A program made the translations under genes and the position numbers. The notes beneath the pieces are model-generated. The model saw only the letters and a list, made by a program, of their open reading frames with translations. It did no database searches and was not told the origin of the DNA. Source: Pristiophorus japonicus (taxonomy: Eukaryota). From it: a stretch of DNA of 64,000 nt. Shown in pieces: positions 52,086 to 63,043 of the stretch. The stretch is taken from NCBI RefSeq assembly GCF_044704955.1, contig NC_091985.1:37758001-37822000 (forward strand), given 5' to 3'. Within the stretch, counting starts at the first letter, position 1. Each line of letters starts with the position of its first letter.

Positions 52086-53023
52086 CTAACGAACTTGCCT
52101 GATGAAGAGTATACACCTGAAATGTTAGTTGTTACAAATACAGACTGATCTATGTATTTCCAGCAATTTTTGTTTATTTCAGATTTCAAGCATTTGCAAT
52201 TTAATTTTTACTCTAAAACATCACCCTTCCACTTAAAATGGTCAACTTTAGCACTCTGTGCCACAAAAGTGGTGACTTTTGGCCCAGTTCAAACTTTCTG
52301 ACTCTGTAGGAACTACAATACCACATTTGCTTCAAATATGCAACCAAGGTGGCATTAAAAGCAATACATGCACCAAATTCTAAATCTGCACCAGCTGACT
52401 GCAGGCCATACCATCTCAGAATGTCAGTAGGTGCCTTGTTATCATCCAGATGCAAAGAGGTCACCAGAATCAGACATGCAATTCCACAGAAAGTTTTACA
52501 TTTGATACATTTTGTCAGATAGCACAGTCCAAAACCAAACAGGTGGAAAGAACTTAGGGATATCATGTGCTCTGACCCATTAACTCTCGTTCAGTTGGAG
52601 AAAGACTCACTCGTTTCAGTTCAAAAGTATCACCTATTTTGGTTCATCTCACTTTGAAATGGCACTCAGCTCCACCTGACCATGTGTTCGACAGTGTTTT
52701 TGATCCTACAAACTTCACAATTAACATTTCCCCAGTGTTGGCAGCCAGAATGTGATGAGACCAATGCCTCTTTTGTCAATAAGCCACTTTCATAAGCACC
52801 TAAGTGCTTTTAAAAAAACCTGACAAAGACCAGTTGAGATGATCCGTTAAATAATAAAACCATGGTAACTGACTGTCTGCAGGTAATTTGTGCCATTCCA
52901 AAATGTGAAACTGCACCAGTTACCTGTTCAGTGCAATAAAACCTGCAAAAATTAAACAGATGCACTTTAAAGTGTGAGTTACTGTTCCTGAGCCGCTCCC
53001 TCTGTGAATTTTATTAAACTTAC

Positions 53024-53290
53024 CTCGGAATTGTTTTTCAACAAAACGTTTCAAGCCTCAATCTCCCCACATGGCAACCCGCACCTCGTCCCTGAACCGG
53101 AAGCGGAACCTCACCGCTCTCAGCTTGCGGCTGCCCGTCGCTCACAGCGCCCCCTGCGGATGGGAGGAGTGTTGCGGTTATCCGCCGCTCACAGCGCTCC
53201 CTGCGGATGGGAGGAGTGTTGCGGTTATCCGCCGCTCACAGCGCCCCTTGCGGCTGGAAGGGACGGTGCGGCTGCCGGAGCCCCAACTGA
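53024..53290 (-). promoter_or_regulatory. HEATR1: Probable HEATR1 non-coding exon 1 (3' end 53024) and CpG-rich promoter
   Basis: Consensus donor GAG|GTAAGT at 53024/53023; locally CpG-rich; ETS-type CCGGAAG at 53097-53103; GCCAT core near 53070; exact TSS not determinable. Confidence 0.75.
53139..53260. repeat. 47-bp tandem repeat, ~2.6 copies, in the promoter
   Basis: Unit cgctcacagcgccccctgcggatgggaggagtgttgcggttatccgc starts at 53139, 53186 and 53233. Confidence 0.95.
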
Positions 53291-53466
53291 CGTTGCAACA
53301 GTGACAATGAAAGTTGCCATTTGCCGTTCCATTTGTTGCCAATATCATTGCTCAGCGCTTTGACAGCACTGAAAACATTTTTTTGTCTCTTTTGTGTAGG
53401 GTTTGATTGAGACAACTGGCTGGTATTTCTGAAAATTAAGAGATGTTGGGGGTTTTATCCACTTTG

Positions 53467-53913
53467 AAAGAAAGACTTGGATTTATATAGCGCCACCTTT
53501 CACGACCACCAGACATCTCAATTGGAATACTTTTGGAAGTGTAGTCACTGTTGTAATGTAGGAAACACGGCAGCCAATTCCGCACAAGCAAGCTCCCACA
53601 AACAGCAATGTGATAATGACCAGATAATCTGTTTCTTTGAGTGAGGGATAAATATTAGCCAGAACACGAGGGATAACTCCGCTGCTCTTCTTCGAAATAG
53701 AGCCATGCAATTTTTTACATCCACTTGGGAGAGCAAACAGGACCTCAGTTTAACAACTTAGCTGAAAGACGGCACCTCCGACAGTGCAGCACTCGCACAA
53801 CACTGCACTGGAATGTCAGCCTAGATTTTTCATGCTCAAGTACCTGGAGTAGGATTTGAACCCACAACCTTCTGACCCAGGTGTGAGAGTGCTACCCACT
53901 AAGCCACAGCTGA
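53467..53913 (-). mobile_element. Full-length Deu-domain SINE just upstream of the promoter
   Basis: A box (tggcttagtggg) and B box (ggttcaaatcc) on the minus strand; 7-bp TSD cactttg at 53460-53466 and 53914-53920. Confidence 0.85.
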
Positions 53914-54051
53914 CACTTTGCCCCCAAAACCTCGCAGAGATTCATTACCGTCATCACTCTTTCATTGTGCTTTTGGGGGCGTTTCATTTCTTACTGAAAA
54001 TGTCCAATCAGCAAGTCCTTTTAAAAAAAATAAACACTGCTGTGTCCTTAT

Positions 54052-54435
54052 AAGAACATAAGAATTAGGAGCAGGAGTAGGCCATACGGCCCCTCGAGCC
54101 TGCTCCGCCATTTAATACGATCATGGCTGATCCGATCATGGACTCAGGTCCACTTCCCCGCCCGCTCCCCATAACCCCTCATTGGTTAAGAGACTGTCTA
54201 GCTCTATCTTCAATTTATTCAATGTCCCGGCTTCCACAGCTCTCTGAGGCAGCGAATTCCACAGATTTACAACCCACAGAGAAAAAATGTCTCCTCGTCT
54301 CAGTTTTAAATGGGCAGCCTCTTATTCTAAGATTATGCCCCCGAGTTCTAGTCTCCCCTATCAGTGGAAACATCCTCTCTGCATCCACCTTGTAAAGCCC
54401 CCTCATATACATTTTGAGAAGATCACCTCTCATTC
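54052..54435 (-). mobile_element. CR1 3' fragment
   Basis: ataagaacataagaa tail; RGDL..RMFPLIGETRTRGH. Confidence 0.9.
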
Positions 54436-55129
54436 ACCTCACAGTGAAGCCAATCCAGCTGACAAGCTCCCAACCCCTGAAAGCCTTTTTCAACAGCCTT
54501 TTGCACAATGCGGTTCCAGGCCCCATGACCAAGGACTCCACACTAGGCCGGGCCTGAACCCCACCGCAAGCCGCTGAGCCGGTTCAAATTCCATACCCAG
54601 AGCTCAGGCTGCGGTTAGGCCCCCCGTCAACATGTCCAAAAGCCGGTGAACAGTCGCGGCCCAAGATTTTCTCCCTCCTTCTATACCCTTCACCTCACAT
54701 GGCCCCCCACCCACCCGGTCCAGCTTCCAGTTTACACGACAGCAGAGGCCACGGTGTCGGTCGCATTTAAAAATAGAAATGCCAGTTGTAGGTTTTAGGC
54801 CTCATTGTAATGTTTTGGGGCGTTTGTTACTCATGGAGTAAACTTTGGAAATATATTAGTTTTGTGCAGGAGTTGCACACGGTCGTTCCTCATGTCATTT
54901 TTATTTTTAATCATCTGGATGGCAGTTTTTAAAGAGTCTCCAAACTGAGAAATCCGCACCATAGCGGGGTTAGGGCCGTAGGGCACGAGGTCCAGAGTCT
55001 CAAGCCAGTCTTGGTAACCGGCCGCAACCACCGGCAGGTTTGGTCAGTCCAGGCAGGCTGAGCTCTCAGTCGAACCTGTGCCATTTGGACATGGCTGGTC
55101 TACCCTATAACCGGCAAAGATTCTTCCCT

Positions 55130-57874
55130 CCCCGTATTCAACATTCAGGAAGGATAGACAGAAAGGAAAAGGAGGTGGGGTGGCGTTGCTGGTTAAAGAG
55201 GAAATTAACGCAATAGTAAGGAAGGACATTAGCTTGGATGATGAGGAGTCGGTATGGGTGGAGCTACGGAATACCAAAGGGCAGAAAACACGAGGGGGAG
55301 TTGTGTACAGACCACCAAACAGTGGTAGTGAGGTTGGGGACAGCATCAAACAAGAAATTAGGGATGCGTGCAATAAAGGTACAGCAGTTATCATCGGTGA
55401 CTTTAATCTACATATTGATTGGGCTAACCAAACTGGCAGCAATGCGGTGGAGGAGGATTTCCTGGAGTGTATTAAGGATGGTTTTCGAGACCAATATGTC
55501 GAATAGCCAACTAGATGACTGGCCATCCTAGACTGGGTGATATGTAATGAGAAAGGACTAATTAGCAATCTTGTTGTGCGAGGCCCCTTGGGGAAGAGTG
55601 ACCATAACATGGTAGAATTCTTTATTAAGATGGAGAGTGACACAGTTAATTCAGAGACTAGGGTCCTGAACTTAAGGAAAGGTAACTTCGATGGTATGAG
55701 ACGTGAGTTGGCTAGAATAGACTGGCAAGTGATACTTAAAGGGTTGACGGTGGATAGGCAATGGCAAACACTTAAAGATCACATGGATGAACTTCAACAA
55801 TTGTACATCCCTGTCTGGAGTAAAAATAAAACGGGCAAGGTGGCTTAACCGTGGCAAACAAGGGAAATTAAGGATAGTGTTAAATCGAAGGAAGAGGCAT
55901 ATAAATTGGCCAGAAAAAGCAGCAAATCTGAGGACTGGGATAATTTTATAATTCAGCAGAGGAGGGCAAAGGGTTTAATTAGGAGGGGGAAATAGAGTAT
56001 GAGAGAAAGCTTGCTGGGAACATAAAAACTGACTGCAAAAGCTTCTATAGATATGTGAAGAGAAAAAGATTAGTGAAGACAAACGTAGGTCCCTTGCAGT
56101 CAGATTCAGGTGAATTTATAATGGGGAACAAATGAATGGTGGACCAGTTAAACAAATACTTTGGTTCTGTCTTCACGAAGGAAGCCACAAATAACCTTCC
56201 GGAAATACTAGGTGACCGAGGGTCCAGTGAGAAGGAGGAACTAAAGGAAATCCTTATTAGGCGGGAAATTGTGTTAGGGAAATTGATGGGAGTGAAGGCC
56301 GATAAATCCCTGGGGCCTAATAGTCTGCATCCCAGAGTACTTCAGGAAGTGGCCCTAGAAGTAGTGGATGCATTGGTGATCATTTTCCAACAGTCTATCG
56401 ACTCTGGATCAGTTCCTATGGACTGGAGGGTAGCTAATGTAACACCACTTTTTAAGAAAGGAGGGAGAGAGAACACAGGTAATTATAGACCGGTTAGCCT
56501 GACATCAGTAGTGGGGAAAATGTTGGAATCAATTATTAAAGATGCAATAGCAGCGCATTTGGAAAGCAGTGACAGGATTGGTCCAAGTCAGCATGGATTT
56601 ATGAAAGGGAAATCATGCTTGACAAATCTTCTAGAATTTTTTGAGGATGTAACTGGTAGAGTGGACAAGGGAGAATCAGTGGATGTGGTGTATTTGGACT
56701 TTCAAAAGGCCTTTGACAAGAGATTGGTGTGCAAAATTAAAGCACATGGTATTGGGGGTAATGTACTGACGTGGATAGAGAATTGGTTGGCAGACAGGAA
56801 GCAGAGAGTCGGGATAAACGGGTCCTTTTCAGAACGACAGGCAGTGGCTCGTGGGGTGCCGCAGGGCTCAGTGCTGGGACTCCAGCTATTTATAATACAC
56901 ATTAATGATTTAGATGAATGAATTGAGTGCAATATCTCCAAGTTTGCAGATGACACTAAGCTGGATCACGGTGTGAGCTGTGAGGAGGATGCTAAGAGGC
57001 TTCAGGGTGACTTGGACAGTTTAGGTGAGTGGGCAAACACATGGCAGATGCAGTATAATGTGGATAAATGTGAGGTTATCCACTTTGGTGGCAAAAACAT
57101 GAAGGCAGAATATTATCTGAATGGCAGCAGATTAGGAAAAGGGGAGGTGCAACGAGCCCTGGGTTTCATGGTACATCATTCATTGAAAGTTGGCATGCAG
57201 GTACAGCAGGCGATGAAGAAGGCAAATGGTATGTTGGCCTTCATAGCAAGAGGATTTGAGTATAGGAGCAGGGTGGTCTTACTGCAGTTGTACAGGGGCC
57301 TTAGTGAGGCCTCACCTGGAATATTGTGTTCAGTTTTGGTCTCCTAATCTGATGAAGGACGTTCTTGCTATTGAGGGAGTGCAGCGAAGGTTCACCAAAC
57401 TGATTCCCAGGAGGGCAGGACTGACATATGAGGAGAAACTGGATCGACTGGGCCTGTATTCACTGGAGTTTAGAAGGATGAGAGGGGATCTCATAGAAAC
57501 TTATAAAATTCTGACGGGACTGGACAGGTTAGACGCAGGAAGAATGTTCCCAATGTTGGGGGAAGTCCAGAACCTGGGGACATTGAGTAAGGATAAGGGG
57601 TAAGCCATTTAGGACTGAGATGAGGAAAAACTTCTTCACTCAGAGTTGTTAACCTATGGAATTCCCTGCTGCAGAGAGTTGTTGATGTTAGTTCATTGGA
57701 TATATTCAAGAGGGAGTTAGATATGGCCCTTACGGCTAAAGGGATCAAGGGGTATGGAGAGAAAGCAGGAAAGGGGTACTGAGGTGAATGATCAGCCATG
57801 ATCTTATTGAATGGTGGTGCAGGCTCGAAGGGCTGAATGGCCTACTCCTGCACCTAATTTCTATGTTTCTATGT
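55130..57874 (+). mobile_element. CR1 ORF2 (APE plus RT) plus 3' UTR, 5'-truncated, several stops/frameshifts
   Basis: GGGVALLVK, IIGDFN, NYRPVSLTS, QHGFMKGKSCLTNL; tttctatgtttctatgt tail. Confidence 0.95.
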
Positions 57875-58104
57875 CACACTTTGGCACATTGAATTGATAC
57901 AATCTATTTCAAGCTTGTTTCATGATCAAAAGTCGGAGAAGAACCCCATTAGTTTTAAGCAGTGGTACCTCAAAGTGTTAGCAAATGAAGAAATGACTGG
58001 GAAAGGATCATATTTTAACAACTAAAACTAAAACCCAAGACCCACTAAATTGTAGCACTGCCTCAGCCCGGCGCACTGCACTGAGGCATTGGATAAGGAA
58101 CACT

Positions 58105-58390
58105 AGAATCATCGAATCATCATAGAAATTTACAGCATGGAAGGATGCCATTTCGGCCCATCATGTCCTCGTCGGCCAACAAAGAGCTATCCAGCCGAAT
58201 CCCACTTTCCAGCATTAGGTCCGTCGCCCTGTAGGGCTTTAAGTGCACATCCAAATACTTTTCAGGCAATGAGTTCCAGACTCCCACCATCCTCTATGTA
58301 AAGAAATTTCCCCTCAAATCCCCTCTAAACCTTCTCCCAAGTAATTTAAATCTATGCCCCCTGGTTGTTAACCCCTCTGTTAGGGAAACT
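58105..58390 (-). mobile_element. CR1 3' fragment of the 3357-4660 subfamily
   Basis: atagaaatttacagc..gaagga.gccatttcggcccatc shared with 3357-3420. Confidence 0.75.
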
Positions 58391-58441
58391 AGGCAGAGAA
58401 CAAAAGGGATATCCATAATATAAGGTGGCGCAAAGAAGATT

Positions 58442-58594
58442 GGATGGAAAATTTAACTTCGGTGGGAGCACAAAACGGGTGGTGAAGGATTGCCACACCA
58501 CTGTACACCCCGCCCAATTTCCCCGCCCATTGACAGCGAGCGGCCAATCCGCTATTGCCCGTTTTCGCCTCTGCCAAGGTTAGAGTTTACCCCC
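58442..58594. mobile_element. Short fold-back MITE (Harbinger-type)
   Basis: ATT on both sides; imperfect ~38-bp inverted arms (aaaacggg / cccgtttt). Confidence 0.55.
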
Positions 58595-59025
58595 ATTGGA
58601 TCTACTATCCCAGCCACAATGACCTGGAATGACTGAGCAGCAGTATTAGCCAGTTTTCTTAACACAGGCATATCAACGAAACAACCAATGAATTATTAAG
58701 CAGAACTAACTCTTTATTCACCACTGATTAGCAACAGCAGGATGATAGGGCAACAAACTTCTATTTTATGGCTTTCCAAGAGTGAAGGATGTCAGTGCAC
58801 ATATATTGCCGTGAGAGGCTCTGTGCACAACCCGGTGCCCTGTATGAACGATGTGGGATTTTATTTTATCAATATGCAGCTGGTATGCCACACCAGTGCA
58901 GGACAATGCAGATCAATTCTTGCTTTGTGGGATGCCTTATTTTTAAGGCAGTCATCTGTGCTACCCTTATTTGAAAGGAAAAGAATAAAAAGAGCACCCC
59001 TGAGAGACCAAGGCTATGACCTGCA

Positions 59026-62000
59026 TAAGAACATAAGAATTAGGAACAGGAGTAGGCCATCTAGCCCCTCGAGCCTGCTCCGCCATTCAACAAGATCATG
59101 GCTGATCTGGCCGTGGACTCAGCTCCACTATAAGATCCCCCCTCATCCTTCTAAACTCCAACGAGTAAAGACCCAGTCTACTCAATCTATCATCATAAGG
59201 TAACCCCCTCATCTCCGGAATCAGCCTCGCGAATCGTCTCTGTACCCCCTCCAAAGCCAGTATATCCTTCCTTAAGTAAGGTGACCAAAACTGCACGCAG
59301 TACTCCAGGTGCGGCCTCACCAATACCCTATACAGTTGCAAAAGGACCTCCCTGCTTTTGTACTCCATCCCTCTCGCAATGAAGGCCAACATTCCATTTG
59401 CCTTCCTGATTACCTGCTGCACCTGCAAACTAACATTTTGGGATTCATGCACAAGGACCCCCAGGTCCCTCTGCACCGCAGCATGTTGTAATTTCTCCCC
59501 ATTCAAATAATATTCCTTTTTACTGTTTTTTTTTCCCAAGATGGATAACCTCACACTTTCCGACATTGTATTCCATCTGCCAAACCTTAGCCCATTCGCT
59601 TAACCTATCTAAATCTCTTTGCAGACTTTCAGTGTCCTCTACACAACCCTCTTTCCCACTAATCTTTGTGTCATCTGCAAATTTTGTTACACTACACTCT
59701 GTCCCCTCTACCAGGTCATCTATGTATATTGTAAACAGTTGTGATCCCAGCACCGATCCCTGTGGCACACCACTAACCACCGATTTCCAACACGAAAAGG
59801 ACCCATTTATCCTGACTCTCTGCTTTCTGTTCGCCAGCCAATTCTCTATCCATGCTAATACATTTTCTCTGACTCCGCGTACCTTTATCTTCTGCAGTAA
59901 CCTTTTGTGTGGCACCTTATCGAATGCCTTTTGAAAATCTAAATACACCACATCCATCGGTACACCTCTATCCACCATGCTCATTATATCCTCAAAGAAT
60001 TCCAGTAAATTAGTTAAACATGATTTCCCCTTCATGAATCCATGCTGCGTCTGCTTGATTGCACTATTCCTATCTCGATGTCCCGCTATTTCTTCCTTAA
60101 TGATAGTTTCAAGCATTTTCCCCAGTACTGATGTTAAACTAACCGGCCTATAGTTACCTGCCTTTTGTCTGCTCCCTTTTTTAAACAGAGGCGTTACATT
60201 AGCTGTTTTCCAATCCGCTGGTACCTCCCCAGAGTCCAGAGACTTTTGGTAGATTATAGCGAATGCATCTATTATAACTTCCGCCATCTCTTTTAATACC
60301 CTGGGATGTATTTCATCAGGACCAGGGGACTTGTCTACCTTGAATCCCATTAGCCTGTCCAGCACTACCCCCCTAGTGATAGTGATTGTCTCAAGGTCCT
60401 CCCTTCCCACATTCCTGTGACCAGCAATATTTGGCATGGTTTTTGTGTCTTCCACTGTGAAGACCGAAGCAAAATAATTGTTTAAGGTCTCAGCCATTTC
60501 CACATTTCCCATTATTAAATCCCCCTTCTCATCTTCTAAGGGACCAACATTTACTTTAGTCACTCTTTTCCGTTTTATATATCAGTAAAAGCTTTTACTA
60601 TCCGTTTTTATGTTTTGCGCAAGTTTACCTTCGTAATCTATCTTTCCTTTCTTTATTGTTTTCTTCGTCATTCTTTGCTGTCGTTAACAATTTTCCCAAT
60701 CTTCTATTTTCCCACTAACCTTGGCCACCTTATACGCATTGGTTTTTAATTTGATACTCTCCTTTATTTCCTTGGTTATCCACGGCTGGTTATCCCTTCT
60801 CTTACCGCCCTTCTTTTTCACTGGAATATATTTTTGTTGAGCACTATGAAAGAGCTCCTTAAAAGTCCTCCACAGTTCCTCAATTGTGCCATCGTTTAGT
60901 CTGTGTTTCCAGTTTACTTTAGCCAACTCTGCCCTCATCCCACTGTAGTCCCCTTTGTTTAAGCATAGTACGCTCGATTGAGACACTACTTCCTCATCCT
61001 CAATCTGTATTACAAATTCAACCATGCTGTGATCACTCATTCCGAGAGGATCTTTTACTAGGAGATCGTTTATTATTCCTGCCTCATTACACAGGACCAG
61101 ATCTAAGATAGCTTGCTCCCTTGTAGGTTCTGCAACATACTGTTCTAAGAAACAATCCCGTATGCATTCTATGAATTCCTCCTCCAGGCTACCCCGTGCG
61201 ATTTGATTTGACCAATCGATATGTAGGTTAAAGTCCCCCATGATTACTGCCGTTCCTTTTTCACATGCCTCCATTCTTCCCTTGATTATTGCCCTCCCCA
61301 CCGTGAAGTTATTATTTGGGGGCCTATAAACTACACCCACCAGTGACTTTTTCCCCTTACTATCTCTAATCTCCACCCACAATGATTCAACATTTTGTTC
61401 ATTCGAGCCAATATCGTCTCTCACAACTGCCCTGATATCATTCTTTATTAAGAGAGCTACCCCACCTCCTTTCCCTTCTTGTCTATCTTTCCGAATCGTC
61501 AGATACCCCTGTATGTTTAATTCCCAGTCTTGGCCACCCTGCAACCATGTTTCTGTAATGGCCACCAAATCATACCCATTTGTAATGATTTGTGCCGTCA
61601 ACTCATTTACTTTATTTCGAATACTGCGTGCGTTTAAGTAGAGTGTTCTAATACTAGCTTTTAAACCATGATTTTTAGTTTTGACCCCTCTTGCAGCCCC
61701 TTTATATTCAGTGGCCCTTTTTGTTTTTTGCTTGGGTTTCTCTGCCCTCCACTTTTACTCATCTCCTTTCTGTCTTTTGCTTTTGTCTCCTTTTTGTTTC
61801 CCTCTGTCTCCCTGTATTGGTTCCCATCCCCCTGCCATATTAGTTTAACTCCTCCCCAACAGCACTAGCAAACACTCACCCTAGGACATTGGTTCCGGTC
61901 CTGCCCAGGTGCAGACCGTCCGGTTTGTACTGGTCCCACCTCCCCCAGAACCGGTTCCAATGCCCCAAGAATTTGAATCCCTCCCTGCTGCACCACTGCT

Positions 62001-63043
62001 CAAGCCACATATTCATCTGAGTTATCCTACGATTCCTACTCTGACTAGCACGTGGCACTGGTAGCAATCCTGAGATTACTACTTTTGAGGTCCTACGTTT
62101 TAATTTAGCTCCTAGCTCCTTAAATTTATCTTGTTGGACCTCATCCTTTTTTTTACCTATATCGTTGGTACCAATGTGCACCACGATAACAGGCTGTTCA
62201 CCCTCCCTTTTCAGAATGTCTTGCACCCGCTCCGAGGCATCCTTGACCCTTGCACCAGGGAGGCCACATACCATCTCGGTTACGGCCGCAGAAACGCCTA
62301 TCTATTCCCCTTACAATCGAATCCCCTATCACTATCGCTCTCCCACTCTTTTTCCTGCCCTCTTGTGCAGCAGAGCCAGCCACGGTGCCATGAACTTGGC
62401 TGCTGCTGCCCTCTCCTGATGAGTCATCCCCCTCAACAGTACTCAAAACAGTGTATCTGTTTTGCAGGGGGATGACTGCAGGGGACCCCTGCACTACTTT
62501 CCTTGCACTGCTCTTCCTGCTGGTCTTCCATTCCCTAGTTGGCTGTGGACCCTTCACCTGCGGTAAGACCAGCTCGCTACATGTGCTCATCACGTCATTC
62601 TCAGCATCGTGGATGCTCCAGAGTGAATCCACCCTCAGCTCCAATTCTGCAACGCGGACCGTCAGGAGCTGGAGGCGGACACACTTCCCGCACACGTAGT
62701 TGTCAGGGACACCGGAAGTGTCCCTGAGTTCCCACATGGTACAGGAGGAGCATATCACGTGACCGAGCTCTCCTGCCATGACTTAACCATTAGATACACT
62801 TAAATTGGCAACAACAATGCTAAAGTTTACTCACTGTTAGAGAAGAGAAAAAAGAAAACTACTCACCAATCACCAGCCAATCACTTACCCCCTTTGCTGT
62901 GACGTCACCTTTCTGTTTCTTTCTACTTCTTTTTTGCCTTCTCCCTGTTGCTGCACAAGCACGCCTCTCCACGCACCTCCTCGATGCTGCTCCCGACTCC
63001 CTGCTGTGCCTTTTACAGGCCTCTCCACGCACCTCCTCGACGC
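59026..63043 (-). mobile_element. Near full-length CR1 LINE: 5' UTR, ORF1 (zinc finger plus SGNH esterase), ORF2 (APE plus RT); inactivated
   Basis: ORF1 CSSC..CGKC, IVIGDS, GTND, DGLHL; ORF2 ITETW, GDFN, SDH, RT FADD; candidate 7-bp TSD acctgca at 59019-59025 and 63044-63050; deletion near 59148. Confidence 0.93.

Larger units (their letters stand above)
1..53100 (-). other. HEATR1: HEATR1/UTP10 gene, 5' portion (exon 1 to the start of exon 23); continues beyond the window's left edge
   Basis: 22 minus-strand exons with GT-AG boundaries and consistent phases join into one ORF (3175 nt in window) starting MTSLAYQLKRLALPQNDPSLLSRRETASLLFD, recognisably collinear with vertebrate HEATR1 as remembered. 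Confidence 0.97.

Noticed and set aside
53139-53260. CRISPR-like array
   Set aside because: Units are head-to-tail with no unique spacers, the context is vertebrate, and there are no cas genes.
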